NCBI GenBank assembly: GCA_030637655.1 | Contig: DAOWGI010000002.1 | Span: 32,001-96,000 of the forward strand | Length of the DNA: 64,000 bases | Direction of reading: 5' to 3' | Source of the DNA: a candidate division FCPU426 bacterium | GTDB lineage: Bacteria > Oederibacteriota > JAAXVQ01 > JAUVAV01 | Shown here: positions 12,501 to 19,921 of the stretch, in pieces | How the letters are laid out: each line of letters begins with the position of its first letter | How positions within the stretch are numbered: the first letter of the stretch is position 1 | The notes under the pieces: generated by a model | Databases searched by the model: none | Seen by the model: the letters and a program-made list of their open reading frames with translations, nothing else | What the model was told of the DNA's origin: nothing | Program-made: the position numbers and the translations under genes

Positions 12501-13529
12501 TCCCTGGCGGAAATTGATATCAAGGCTGAAATCTATTCCGATGAAACCATTGACCAGGAATCCGAATACATTCAGACCCGGATAGACACTTTGCGGACCC
12601 TGCTTTTCCAAGCCTCTGCTTTTGGTATTCCGCAGGCAGTGCCTGAAAGCGCGTTTGAGTCCACCCCTGAGATCGGCAAAGCCTTGACACAGCAGGTCGG
12701 CAGAGTCTTGCCCATCCTGGTGAAGCGCTTAAAAGAGTATGCTCAAGCCATGCTGCACCAGACAGCGTCTGCTTGCGATGAAGCTTTCCGGAAAATATTT
12801 GGACGCGCCTTTAGAACTTTACCGCTGTTTGAATTGCGCAATAGCCAGGAGTTGCAGACAGTTTATGCAGCTCGGGATGATCTTCTGCGGCATGTGCGCA
12901 GGCAGGTGTCTGCTTTTTCCCTGGACTTGTGGTTCCAAAGTGCAGCCAAGACCCGCAAACGTTTAGGCCCGCTAGAGAGCGTTGCTCTACTAGCGGACAC
13001 CTTTGGTCAGACCGCTCCCAGCCTGACAGCTTTGCAATTACCTTATCAAGCAGATGATTATTGGTTGGGATTGGAGTTCCCCGGAGACTGGGAGATAGAC
13101 AGTGACAAATTGTCTCTGGTCCTGGGAAACGCAGACCTGCTCTCTCAAAATAGCACGCATTACGCGGGTTTAATATTTGATGAGTGGGTGGAGATTATTC
13201 CCCACAAGCAAGAGGTGACCGGAATTACTTTTAACTATGATCAACCCGGTTCCATGCCGCCGCAGAGCGCCTTGCTGGCTGTGGCTCCCAATCAGACCGG
13301 GAATTGGTCTTGGGATAATCTGGTTTATACGCTCCTGGAGACTCTGGAATTGGCAAAACTCCGTGCGGTTGAGCCGGATCACCTGGATCAGACCTTGTTT
13401 TCCCAGATTGTTCCGGCAGTCATGAGTGAGGTTGTGCCTCAGCAAATGCAAGAGGGAGACGAGAATCCCATGGGAGTACAGATTGTTCTGGATTTTAAGG
13501 TCAACAATCCGCCTTCGGAAGAATCGTAA
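6534..13529 (+). CDS. Conserved hypothetical giant protein, 2331 aa (operon gene C)
   Basis: 7-kb uninterrupted ORF with a GTG/ATG start at 6534/6540. Motif-like blocks: LLLPVRVETRF, ELWVRIYPDD, GTPTNNT, LPSLRIGSQPYGILP, YRLDAW, GFIHAPSL, LLGYQFERGLH, FDEWVEIIP, PPQSALLAV, LELAKLRAVEPD. Confidence 0.85.
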   Translation: MDMLPDIQAAEYIDPQLQDIINNIHSKDDRIPFLLLPVRVETRFMQVDRPLNQSWHGMDRVLPDLVEANDQLSLFGSQSGRPFSGTLKQLKALDNKFKRAISSLKKAGEIPAQAQVWLKQQTQTLQTQSQRLMQKLNQMRPSRAEDRTALKKQKDVLAARLSVLKDIAKEQLRPERAKAEGAGIILQSIQEIVTKLEAVRAEKLDGRSKPERRQLYDTLDGTIKHIEQALKSLESKWKASWSASTVEINQLKSAYQKIIKTVEALPGKLTPMYSQFKRNEYQEKFKVLKQRCVDPLQERILNQYIPDIQLQQTLKKRSTNEVYYQTLQLDLVMRRLSKQAVSTLAQYRSLGQQLLLEVRKIGKTLDRVIIGHKAEYHLLRKTWDSTRQVLGTMLKSVKVFHKQSTGAIPAKDQKQWQEIQRWYIRLKTLAAQELPRGACISRQAVIRSARVFTEVKEQLDKLNTQLKTVQENSSASHKSRIGVLEKYLAISPRLQAYGRQLTVLPKQQLGQLKKTHQQIQTMARESIQTLAARKITNPAKKKVWQKFVQTAEQTQINLEKIFYATITDSPVYTGDIRPEDGPGVVFEEATQTVDELWVRIYPDDVFVHSHEPELTADEVEAGKTFWQETWLAQGDSDHQLAAWRTLTASFGSQRSAWIAKLLKPKQLTLPPERENPFRVQDTVLEALTQANQGVAEYLQADPADVEAGVNTLGKVSDAFKAMEDVFAVGERWPISIYQKMAGQQKRLHGKMIGLNKHLQRAAIPDSDLRERAAQTLGKIGAQYHKLQKQFAAAQPISNQAWFNEYAREVLLFPEVAVKAETWAHAPHTKVLPDRFAVLALQDGNFQHIQVGRLIPNPLNVGLNPEKFNLDLFAYDAEGNLSLDEDIQWMTDFDQAVQKGMGLILTLNTAQANQGFDKLLVLGVKDSSAADGQARLEELLQNHHYADEGMAFLPIGTPTNNTAEGKAGYSSSDRTDEESFAVERRGDLFSVQESDPWRQSDGLRMAEALGITADVFQNIENSQRTEISQALVMNHALWHGTLGYYMEDILDTFFDLDTIRRMRSFTTQYVCGRGRLPSLRIGSQPYGILPVTAFSKIAITPGNVLPEITAADENNPTLHEEKKAQRFAIQYFKLLGLMQNEWMQQAKTQVKCSDNTDPQDPQLHFMTMLGLHASSVETYQRYNLNVADRRTNPTSQESSVNFNEGDYFGPFAFWAKFKDVLNTSPEAERDWHNKIRQARLYRSRYLQTHSWLKGPRVDDKTLSEKASLQPVEYDGKNQTYIDWLLGSHLYALWNDNNLETLPSRSLLFLLLRQSLLLEYRDAALNVFQKEKLIDENIRSLIGDPGYYFTYSPFKKGPTFITKWSWLFHGIQKLDGLYRNVFPDNAPLKLHLGEHSLAEFLYDSEHNSLFNSYAHMGQHQPAIESINKMRRAVSVLNGVPTAQLDRLFSEQLDICSYRLDAWILSLANERLGQCRAQQPQGIYLGAFGWLENLRPGGEREVAPRVPDSLQRPGEPLVYTDADNQGFIHAPSLSHAVTAAILRSGYKSNQATDDVENQLAVNLSSRRVRAALYLLEGVRQGHEIAALLGYQFERGLHERYTSAGLELDAYIFPLRRRFPSVGTVDENLARTDAQTQVVDGQALLQAVRQSIEDLDSGQDTLLNILESHPERYPFGVEESGTSLLPPNGTLELRAIFKEINRIADAFDALGDLLLSESVYQVARGNHTRAAAVVTALSEGRYPPDVQIMKTPRGGIAVTQRVGLCLAPVDGQTLSIASGLPESTVAGNIENAKPAGWEEVTYSVRALAEPSLNKWLGEMIGDPDKVRCVVEYSGEEGTESIPVTLKALDIQPLDLVQMMGAGLAEGGSELNNRIAYWVRQHRQLTVAQELKIFVQERSQRLLLPESNELLTTGIKTFYEIAPLVTNLWEVTQGSRPLAADDVMIPEEEPDAPADPTRQNLSEYAFRLRQAKAAMEKTGIDILKFFRQTEAVPESLAEIDIKAEIYSDETIDQESEYIQTRIDTLRTLLFQASAFGIPQAVPESAFESTPEIGKALTQQVGRVLPILVKRLKEYAQAMLHQTASACDEAFRKIFGRAFRTLPLFELRNSQELQTVYAARDDLLRHVRRQVSAFSLDLWFQSAAKTRKRLGPLESVALLADTFGQTAPSLTALQLPYQADDYWLGLEFPGDWEIDSDKLSLVLGNADLLSQNSTHYAGLIFDEWVEIIPHKQEVTGITFNYDQPGSMPPQSALLAVAPNQTGNWSWDNLVYTLLETLELAKLRAVEPDHLDQTLFSQIVPAVMSEVVPQQMQEGDENPMGVQIVLDFKVNNPPSEES

Positions 13530-13555
13530 TAGGATATTTTGATAAGGAGTTTGTT

Positions 13556-15457
13556 ATGGCACGTTATAATGATTCAACTTGTGAGCCTTTCCGGTCGTGG
13601 AACCGGTTAGAACCACGCTGCCGGAAAGAGGACTTTGACCGGGTCTTAAAGGCAGAGATTCACGATCCTCTCTGGCTCTTGACCCGTCAGTGGCAATTTG
13701 GCGAGTTTAAAGGGGAAGACACAGGTTCAGCCATATTCGCTAAACTGGAGATGGATATTGTTAAATTATCCAAGTTTAAAGACCGGGTCAGTCCGGCCCA
13801 AGCCTATTCGGATAGTCTGCCTTTGGAAACGCGAATTGAACGCGAACCGATTCCTTTTGATTTTAAAACCCGGGTACAAATCGGGAGACAATGGTTCAAA
13901 CTGTTGGAACTGCAGGGGGAACAGTTTAATCAGACGTCACCCGGTGAACCCTATGTCTCGCATAGTTATAATAACCTCTTTTTTGAGAACTTTCCGCTTA
14001 CTCTACCGGAGATATTGGAAAACGAGACCCAGGAAGCTGTGGAAAAAAGTAAAATTCTAAGTGATCCGGCGCTGCATCAATTCCTCTCTGCTGTGACCGG
14101 GCGAGGTATAGATGGTGTTATTTTCTTCCAAAGCATTACTCAACCGGATTCTGACGTCATTGGTTTACCCGCCTTTCTGAACAACAGTATTTCTCCAGCC
14201 CATCGTAATTTTATCTTACAGGCGGCAACCGCTTTTGCCGAGTGGTTTAGAGGACTCTATTCACTGCCTGCAAGCGCAGGCGATGAGACCTGGTCTGAAG
14301 ATCATTTGGAGTATCAATGTGCTTGCGCGCTGACAAACAAAGATGGGACGAATACCGTATTAACAGCGGATGAGTTTTATCACAGTCATCTGGATTGGTA
14401 TGCGTTTGATGTTGATCCAAAGCCGGATCCGGGATCCGGCTTAACTATACCTGATACCCAGGTACAGGTGGAGACGAGGACGATTACGGTTATACCTACG
14501 GAGGCCCGATTTGGCGGTATGCCGAATCCGAGATGGTGGGAATTTGAGGACAGTTATATGGATCTGGGAAACATCCAGGCAGATACCACAGATGTGGCAA
14601 AAATACTCTTGTCAGAATTTGCTCTGGTTTTTAGCAATGATTGGTTTGTGATTCCTTGCGACCTGCCGGTAGGCAGTCTCTCACAGGTTAAGGGGATTGT
14701 GGTGACCGATGTTTTTGGACAGCGCACACTGGTGGAACCTGCCGGACAGGGTGCGGAGGACGCATGGTCGCGTTGGAGTATGTACAACCTGACAAGCAAA
14801 GAAACGTTGGAAGATGCAGTGCCAGCTGTGGACAGCCGGCTTTTTATTCCTCCGGCTATTGGTCAAAAGCAAGAGAGCGAGGCTGTCGAGGCAGTCCGCC
14901 TGGTTCGCGATGAGACGACAAATATGGTCTGGGCTGTGGAAACGCGCGTTCCGAACATGCTGGGGACCGGACGTGACGGTTTGGATGCAGCGCGTGAATT
15001 AAAAGAGTATATGCAGAAGTTAGCAACCGCTTCGGAAACCAATATTCCAGAAACGGAAAACCAGGCTCTGCTCAAGTATACTTTGAGCAACACGTTGCCG
15101 GAAAATTGGATTCCTTTTATACCGATACACAAACCTGGGCAGAATCGTTCTGTTGTTTTACAGCGTGGATCCATGCCCAGGATGTTTAGAGAAACGGTGA
15201 TGCCGGTGCGTCCCCGCAATCAACTATTGCGCCCCGGTTTGCGTGCCAACAACACGCAAGCTGAACCGTATTACATCTTTGAAGAAGAGGTCCCCAGAGC
15301 CGGGGTGGAAATCAAGAGCGCGTTCCAACGTACCCGCTGGTATAACGGCAAATTGTTTACCTGGTATGGACGTCAGAAGAAAACCGGGCGGGGAGAGGGC
15401 AGTAGTGGATTGCGTTTCGATATTTTGACAGATATTAAACACAGTCGGGAAAAATAA
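13556..15457 (+). CDS. Conserved hypothetical protein, 633 aa (operon gene D)
   Basis: SD TAAGGAG precedes the ATG. Motif-like blocks: WNRLEPR, DPLWLLTRQWQFGEF.GED.GS, LDWYAFD, GMPNPRWWEFED, NDWFVIP, RDETTNMVWAVE, PENWIPF, EEEVPRAG, GRGEGSSGLRFD. Confidence 0.85.
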   Translation: MARYNDSTCEPFRSWNRLEPRCRKEDFDRVLKAEIHDPLWLLTRQWQFGEFKGEDTGSAIFAKLEMDIVKLSKFKDRVSPAQAYSDSLPLETRIEREPIPFDFKTRVQIGRQWFKLLELQGEQFNQTSPGEPYVSHSYNNLFFENFPLTLPEILENETQEAVEKSKILSDPALHQFLSAVTGRGIDGVIFFQSITQPDSDVIGLPAFLNNSISPAHRNFILQAATAFAEWFRGLYSLPASAGDETWSEDHLEYQCACALTNKDGTNTVLTADEFYHSHLDWYAFDVDPKPDPGSGLTIPDTQVQVETRTITVIPTEARFGGMPNPRWWEFEDSYMDLGNIQADTTDVAKILLSEFALVFSNDWFVIPCDLPVGSLSQVKGIVVTDVFGQRTLVEPAGQGAEDAWSRWSMYNLTSKETLEDAVPAVDSRLFIPPAIGQKQESEAVEAVRLVRDETTNMVWAVETRVPNMLGTGRDGLDAARELKEYMQKLATASETNIPETENQALLKYTLSNTLPENWIPFIPIHKPGQNRSVVLQRGSMPRMFRETVMPVRPRNQLLRPGLRANNTQAEPYYIFEEEVPRAGVEIKSAFQRTRWYNGKLFTWYGRQKKTGRGEGSSGLRFDILTDIKHSREK

Positions 15458-15497
15458 GGAAAGAAGACGATACTACGTATTTTACTAATCGTGCCAA

Positions 15498-15533
15498 CTA
15501 AAACACCACAGGCGTGAGCCTGTGGTGTTTTAG
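15498..15533 (+). terminator. Perfect 16-bp hairpin after the four-gene operon (terminator or REP-type palindrome)
   Basis: CTAAAACACCACAGGC-GTGA-GCCTGTGGTGTTTTAG, 40 nt after the gene D stop. Confidence 0.6.
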
Positions 15534-15582
15534 ACAAAAACGTTTGTAATATTGAATGCGTGGTTTAGAAAAGGAGAACAAC

Positions 15583-16104
15583 ATGCCAAAACGTTTCGGG
15601 TACATACACATTTATACCGGCAATGGCAAAGGCAAGACCACGGCGGCCATGGGGTTGACCTTGCGGGCAGCCGGTGCGGGCCTGAAGGTCTATTTTATCC
15701 AGTTCTTAAAAGGCGGGAATTATTCGGAGCATAAAATGCTCAAAAAAATACCGGGTGTAACTTTAAAACAGTTCGGGCGTGATTGTTTGGTTAAGAAAAA
15801 ACCGTCAGCCCGGGATATTCAAGAGGCGCAGCACGGTTGGACGGCTTTAATTAAAGTTCTTACTGCAGGCCGGCACGATATTGTGGTGGCAGATGAAATC
15901 TGTGTGGCACAAAGCTTAGGTCTTTTACGGGAAGCCGATGTGCTGGAAGCTATACAGGCCAGGCCGGCACACGTGGAACTGGTATTAACCGGACGCCAGG
16001 CTACAGCGGCAGTGCAACGCTGCGCTGATTTGGTCACAGTCATGCAAGAGAAAAAGCATTATTATAAGCAGGGTGTTATTGCCCGGCGAGGGATTGAATT
16101 TTAG
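15583..16104 (+). CDS. cobO: Cob(I)yrinic acid a,c-diamide adenosyltransferase (CobO/BtuR)
   Basis: IHIYTGNGKGKTTAAMG P-loop, IQFLKG, ELVLTGR, ADLVT, KHYY..G..ARRGIEF. SD AAGGAG precedes ATG 15583. Confidence 0.93.
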   Translation: MPKRFGYIHIYTGNGKGKTTAAMGLTLRAAGAGLKVYFIQFLKGGNYSEHKMLKKIPGVTLKQFGRDCLVKKKPSARDIQEAQHGWTALIKVLTAGRHDIVVADEICVAQSLGLLREADVLEAIQARPAHVELVLTGRQATAAVQRCADLVTVMQEKKHYYKQGVIARRGIEF

Positions 16105-16105
16105 T

Positions 16106-16175
16106 GTAGGGAACGGTCCCCCGACCTGAAGAATATAGAGGAAAGGGATTTCCTTCGGTCGCGACCGTTCCCTAC
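16106..16175. repeat. GTAG-type REP palindrome interrupted by a 42-bp insert
   Basis: GTAGGGAACGGTC (16106-16118) and GACCGTTCCCTAC (16163-16175) are perfect complements. Confidence 0.75.
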
Positions 16176-16182
16176 GCAGATT

Positions 16183-16491
16183 TTATGTGTCGAAAATACC
16201 GTAAATAGGCGGGCCGATCATAAATTCCTGGAAAGGAAGTTTGCGCAAGTTAAAATGTTTTTGCATGGCATGTGTGCATTCTGCCAGACATTTTAAGTTA
16301 TCATATTCCGCGTAGATTAGAATGGATTGGTTGTCCAGATAGGGTAATGAGGGATCTTTGACCATGGAATTGACAACAGCAGTACGGCAGCCGGGCCTGG
16401 TTCTTTTGAAGGCGGAGTAGTGTTCGAACAATTGGATAGCCTCGTTTCGGACCTCGGATTTTAGCTTGAGAATAGTAATTTCTCTGACCAT
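16183..16491 (-). CDS. Small hypothetical protein, possibly ABM-like dimeric alpha-beta barrel
   Basis: Probable start MVREITILKLK after an AGAGGAG SD. The beta-alpha-beta pattern (..RPGCRTAVV..ILIYAEYDN) resembles antibiotic biosynthesis monooxygenase folds. Confidence 0.5.
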   Translation of the reverse strand: MVREITILKLKSEVRNEAIQLFEHYSAFKRTRPGCRTAVVNSMVKDPSLPYLDNQSILIYAEYDNLKCLAECTHAMQKHFNLRKLPFQEFMIGPPIYGIFDT

Positions 16492-16581
16492 GGGGCACAC
16501 TCCTCTTGGCAATAAAAACAATGCTATCATATATAAGGCATGAGTTGTGGTCAATGCTTTTCGCTATGGAATAAAATTAAA

Positions 16582-16844
16582 GGCAGATTGTAACTCATAT
16601 TGCAACATTACCTGATTGCTACACAAATAGGCAAATAGTTACTTTATCCTTAAAAAACTCACCACAAAGGCACTAAGGCTACAAAGGTTCACTAAGCAGC
16701 ATAATGATTAATAATTAAGGTCTATCTTAGGCTTTACTTTGTGTATCTTAGTGTCCTTTGTGCTTTTGTGGTGGATCTTTTTCTTTAAGTCTTTATAGTT
16801 CAATAATAAATGATAAAATGTTGCACTTGTGATTACAATTCACC
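16582..16844. mobile_element. MITE family 1, copy 1 (263 bp, GG-ended imperfect TIRs, 16-bp direct repeat)
   Basis: Near-identical to 49201-49462. Ends are GGCAGATTGTAA and TTACAATTCACC. Flanked by ATGGAATAAAATTAAA at 16566-16581 and 16845-16860. Confidence 0.88.
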
Positions 16845-16991
16845 ATGGAATAAAATTAAATAATTAGCAAAAATATATTTATACTCAAACCGAATCATCT
16901 TATAATACAAATCACTGTCTTGGGTATCGAAGTACGAGAGCGGAAATGAAGACATAGCTGATAGTATTGGCAATTGTGATACAGAAGGAAA

Positions 16992-17552
16992 ATGTGGATG
17001 GAAATAATCATTAATCAGACCAAGCTTAGCCTGGAAAAAGGGGATATTACCAAATACCCGGTGGACGCTATTGTGAATGCAGCCAATCCCTCTTTGCTGG
17101 GAGGAGGAGGAGTGGACGGAGCGATTCATCGGGTAGGTGGACGAGCAATTTTGCATGAATGCAAACAGTTAACTACCAGGATAGGGAAACTCGCAACCGG
17201 AAAAGCAGTGATTACCACAGCAGGTAATTTGCCGGCCAGGAATGTGATACATACTGTAGGACCGATATGGCAAAGAAATACGGCTGTGGCCCCTCGACTG
17301 CTGGCAGCAGCGTATCGGAATTCTTTGAGTCTGGCCGATGACATGACGTTGCGAACCATAGCCTTTCCTTCGATTTCCACTGGAGCGTACGGTTATCCTA
17401 TTCAGGCAGCGGCACACACGGCACTATCGACAGTAAAAGCGTATCTGGAAAAAAGGACTTTTTTACAGCAAGTCATTTTTGTGTTGTTTTCTGACGGTGA
17501 TTTGGAAGTATATAGCCAAGAATTGTCAAAGTTAAATACTACACCTGTGTAA
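16992..17552 (+). CDS. ymdB: Macro-domain O-acetyl-ADP-ribose deacetylase (YmdB-like)
   Basis: GDIT, DAIVNAANPSLLGGGGVDGAIH, VIHTVGP, IAFPSISTGAYGYP. Confidence 0.92.
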   Translation: MWMEIIINQTKLSLEKGDITKYPVDAIVNAANPSLLGGGGVDGAIHRVGGRAILHECKQLTTRIGKLATGKAVITTAGNLPARNVIHTVGPIWQRNTAVAPRLLAAAYRNSLSLADDMTLRTIAFPSISTGAYGYPIQAAAHTALSTVKAYLEKRTFLQQVIFVLFSDGDLEVYSQELSKLNTTPV

Positions 17553-17594
17553 CATATCGGCGAAGTGCTGTGCTTTGTCAAATAACCCGGAAAC
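17549..17594. mobile_element. Isolated degenerate end of MITE family 2
   Basis: GTAACATATCGGCGAAGTGCTGTGCTTTGTCAAATAACCCGGAAAC matches the reverse complement of 59006-59051 at 40 of 46 positions. Confidence 0.75.
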
Positions 17595-17600
17595 GTAAGC

Positions 17601-17630
17601 TGTAGAGACGCGATTAATCGCGTCTCTACA
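17601..17630. repeat. GTAG-type REP palindrome
   Basis: Perfect palindrome TGTAGAGACGCGATTAATCGCGTCTCTACA; identical copy at 62828-62857. Confidence 0.9.
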
Positions 17631-17649
17631 TAGAACCAGGAGGTACGTC

Positions 17650-18327
17650 ATGGTTAAAAAGTTGGGTTTAGGAGTTCTAGTTCTGATGTTTTGTTGTTAC
17701 TCATCGCTGTTGGCAAAGACAACAGCGAAAAAACAGGAAATAGATCCGAAGAAACCACGCCTGGTGATGGTGCAAGTTCCTTCATGGAAAACCACTTTTT
17801 TTGGGTTGCCACAGGAACTGCCCTTGTTGATAAAACCGGGTGAAAAATTTACCGGGAAGTCAAAGCATTATGATTTTACAGAAGGCATATCCGCCATGGA
17901 AGTCTTTATTGCCCTGCGTCCGAAAGAGCAGCAGAGTCAGGCCTACCGGTTGTTCATTAAAAAATGGCCGTTGTATCAAAATTTTTTTAAAGCCGTGGAG
18001 CAGGAAAAGTATGCTGAGGCAGCGCAGTGGTTGGATACCATTATAGGTATTGATCCGAAAGAACCGGCTGTGCACTTTTATTGGGGAAGTTTGAACACCC
18101 AAACAAAAAAATACGCGGCCGCCGAAAAGAGTTACCAGGCTTGTATTGAAGCCTATCCGGGATACGGACCTGCCTATATTAATTTAGCGCGTTTGGTGAA
18201 ATCCAGAGGAGATGATACCCAGGCACGCGTACTTTTGAAAAAAGCGTTGGAACAATTACAGGACGGTGATCAGGACGATGCCAGACGCATAGCACAGAAA
18301 ATGTTGGGAAGTCTTTCGGGAAAATAA
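17650..18327 (+). CDS. Secreted TPR-repeat protein
   Basis: N-terminal signal peptide; TPR-like helices (AVHFYWGSL, AAAEKSYQACIEAYPGYGPAYINLARL); SD AGGAGG. Confidence 0.8.
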   Translation: MVKKLGLGVLVLMFCCYSSLLAKTTAKKQEIDPKKPRLVMVQVPSWKTTFFGLPQELPLLIKPGEKFTGKSKHYDFTEGISAMEVFIALRPKEQQSQAYRLFIKKWPLYQNFFKAVEQEKYAEAAQWLDTIIGIDPKEPAVHFYWGSLNTQTKKYAAAEKSYQACIEAYPGYGPAYINLARLVKSRGDDTQARVLLKKALEQLQDGDQDDARRIAQKMLGSLSGK

Positions 18328-18380
18328 CGAGTAAAATATTCAGTTGCCAAGGAGTTGGCAATCCATTTTAAGGAAGGAGA

Positions 18381-18863
18381 TTGTCCATGGTGGAATTAAA
18401 GCAAATCGAGTCAGGTAAGTTGTTGTGCCTTGAGGCCAAAAGTTCATTATTGGATGTCAGTGCGCTATTTCAGCAGATCAAGGACTATACCGGAGAACGT
18501 AAGGTGCCATTGAAAGGGGATCATCTGGTAATTGTGTACGATCCGCCCGAGGCGATCAATCGGGAACAAGCGCACTATGCAGCAGCCGTGGAATTGGCCG
18601 GGGATTGTACCGGGGACGGTGAGTTAACAGTAGTTGTGCAGAGCAATATGACGGTGGCGTATGAATGTTTTCAGGGCCCGTATGAGGGCTTGGCGGACGT
18701 ATATCAAAGGATTATATCCTGGATTCACGACAAAGGCTATCAGGTGGCCGGACCTGCGCGCGAATTTTATCTGGTTGGACCGCCGGCGGATCCCGCCTCG
18801 TTTATAACAGAAGTGCAGATTCCGATCCGGCGTTTTAGAGCAGGAAACAGCAGTGAAACTTAG
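18381..18863 (+). CDS. GyrI-like small-molecule-binding domain protein
   Basis: FQGPYEGLADVYQRIISWIHDKGY..AGPAREFYL..P.....TEVQIPI. The start may be ATG 18387. Confidence 0.85.
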   Translation: MSMVELKQIESGKLLCLEAKSSLLDVSALFQQIKDYTGERKVPLKGDHLVIVYDPPEAINREQAHYAAAVELAGDCTGDGELTVVVQSNMTVAYECFQGPYEGLADVYQRIISWIHDKGYQVAGPAREFYLVGPPADPASFITEVQIPIRRFRAGNSSET

Positions 18864-19659
18864 GCCGATCCCTCGGGACCGTCTGGAAGTCTGGCGCAAA
18901 AAGTATTATGCCTATTTGGGTATTCCGGTGATTCCGGATTTTCATGAGGCCTTATGTCAAACCGGGGAAGCTTTCATGGTGGAAGATGCCGGTCATGCGT
19001 TGGGATATGTTATTATTACGCGCGAGTTTTTTTTGCCGAATGTCGCACCGGTGATTCCTGAATTTTACTTGGAAGTCGAACAAACACGCTATGCCAGGCA
19101 ATTGGTGGAGGCGCTGATTCGCGAGTTGGAACCTCTGACTATTTTGGGCCGGACCGATGATACGCATGGATTTCCATTGCTGATGGATTTGAGAATTCCT
19201 AACAGTGTGGCTTATTCTGTTTATCTGTTAAAAAATGAGCCGCAGTGGGCGGAAAATGACGAATTACGCATAGAAGAAAGTTCTATGGATGAAGCATTGG
19301 ATCTGTTGCCATTCTATGCTTCTGTACCGCTGGAGGATGGTGGGATTCCGGACGAAATGTCTCTGACCAAGAGTTTGGCCTTGTGGCAACATTACCGCTT
19401 ACGGGTGCAAGGAAACATCGCTGCCGTATGCTATATTATTCCGCTGGTCCGGCGTTATATTACTGCTGCTACCATTGTGTTGGCCGTGGCACGTAGCAAT
19501 GGCTACGGACGTTATTTAACAGCCTACGCAGTTGCTCGTGAGATAAGAGCTGGAAATGTTTTTGTTGCAGCCGGCGATCCGGAAAATGAGGCGGCCCGGG
19601 GGTTGATTGAGTCTTTGGGCGCGTGCCTGACTGCTCATTATATTTATTTTCGTCCGTAG
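18853..19659 (+). CDS. GNAT-family N-acetyltransferase-like protein
   Basis: C-terminal motif A-like VLAVARSNGYGRYL and N.AARGLIESLG; overlaps the upstream gene. Confidence 0.65.
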   Translation: MKLRPIPRDRLEVWRKKYYAYLGIPVIPDFHEALCQTGEAFMVEDAGHALGYVIITREFFLPNVAPVIPEFYLEVEQTRYARQLVEALIRELEPLTILGRTDDTHGFPLLMDLRIPNSVAYSVYLLKNEPQWAENDELRIEESSMDEALDLLPFYASVPLEDGGIPDEMSLTKSLALWQHYRLRVQGNIAAVCYIIPLVRRYITAATIVLAVARSNGYGRYLTAYAVAREIRAGNVFVAAGDPENEAARGLIESLGACLTAHYIYFRP

Positions 19660-19709
19660 TCATAAGGGCGTAAGAGATTTTTCGCTATGTCTGGAATGAC
19701 ATGTAAACC

Positions 19710-19788
19710 GTAGGGGCGCACTGAGTGCGCCCTGAACAGAGCGTAGGGGCGAACCTTGCCTGTGCCCGTCTTTTGGGTATGTTCGCCC
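19710..19788. repeat. Tandem GTAG-type REPs, the second carrying a micro-insertion
   Basis: GTAGGGGCGCACTGAGTGCGCCC (19710-19732, identical to 46934-46956), then GTAGGGGCGAAC...GTTCGCCC (19743-19788). Confidence 0.8.
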
Positions 19789-19873
19789 GCCAACGATGTA
19801 TTTACCGCAGGGATGATCTTTATGATCGCTGTGGGGCTCCATGCGGAAAAATGGCGTTCTGTCAAATTCAGGG

Positions 19874-19902
19874 TTGAAGAATATGTGATCTGTGGTTAGA
19901 AT
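19874..19902 (+). promoter_or_regulatory. Putative sigma70 promoter
   Basis: TTGAAG-17 nt-TAGAAT upstream of the GATase gene. Confidence 0.45.
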
Positions 19903-19921
19903 TAAGAGCAGGTGTTCCTAA

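Noticed and set aside
1-15457. Calling the four-gene operon a phage tail, contractile injection system or Tc toxin
   Set aside because: I could not recognise sheath, tube, baseplate, VgrG, RHS or SpvB motifs, so it is left as an unknown system.
15460-15582. Cobalamin riboswitch upstream of cobO
   Set aside because: The region is too short and has no B12-box; only the 16-bp hairpin is present.
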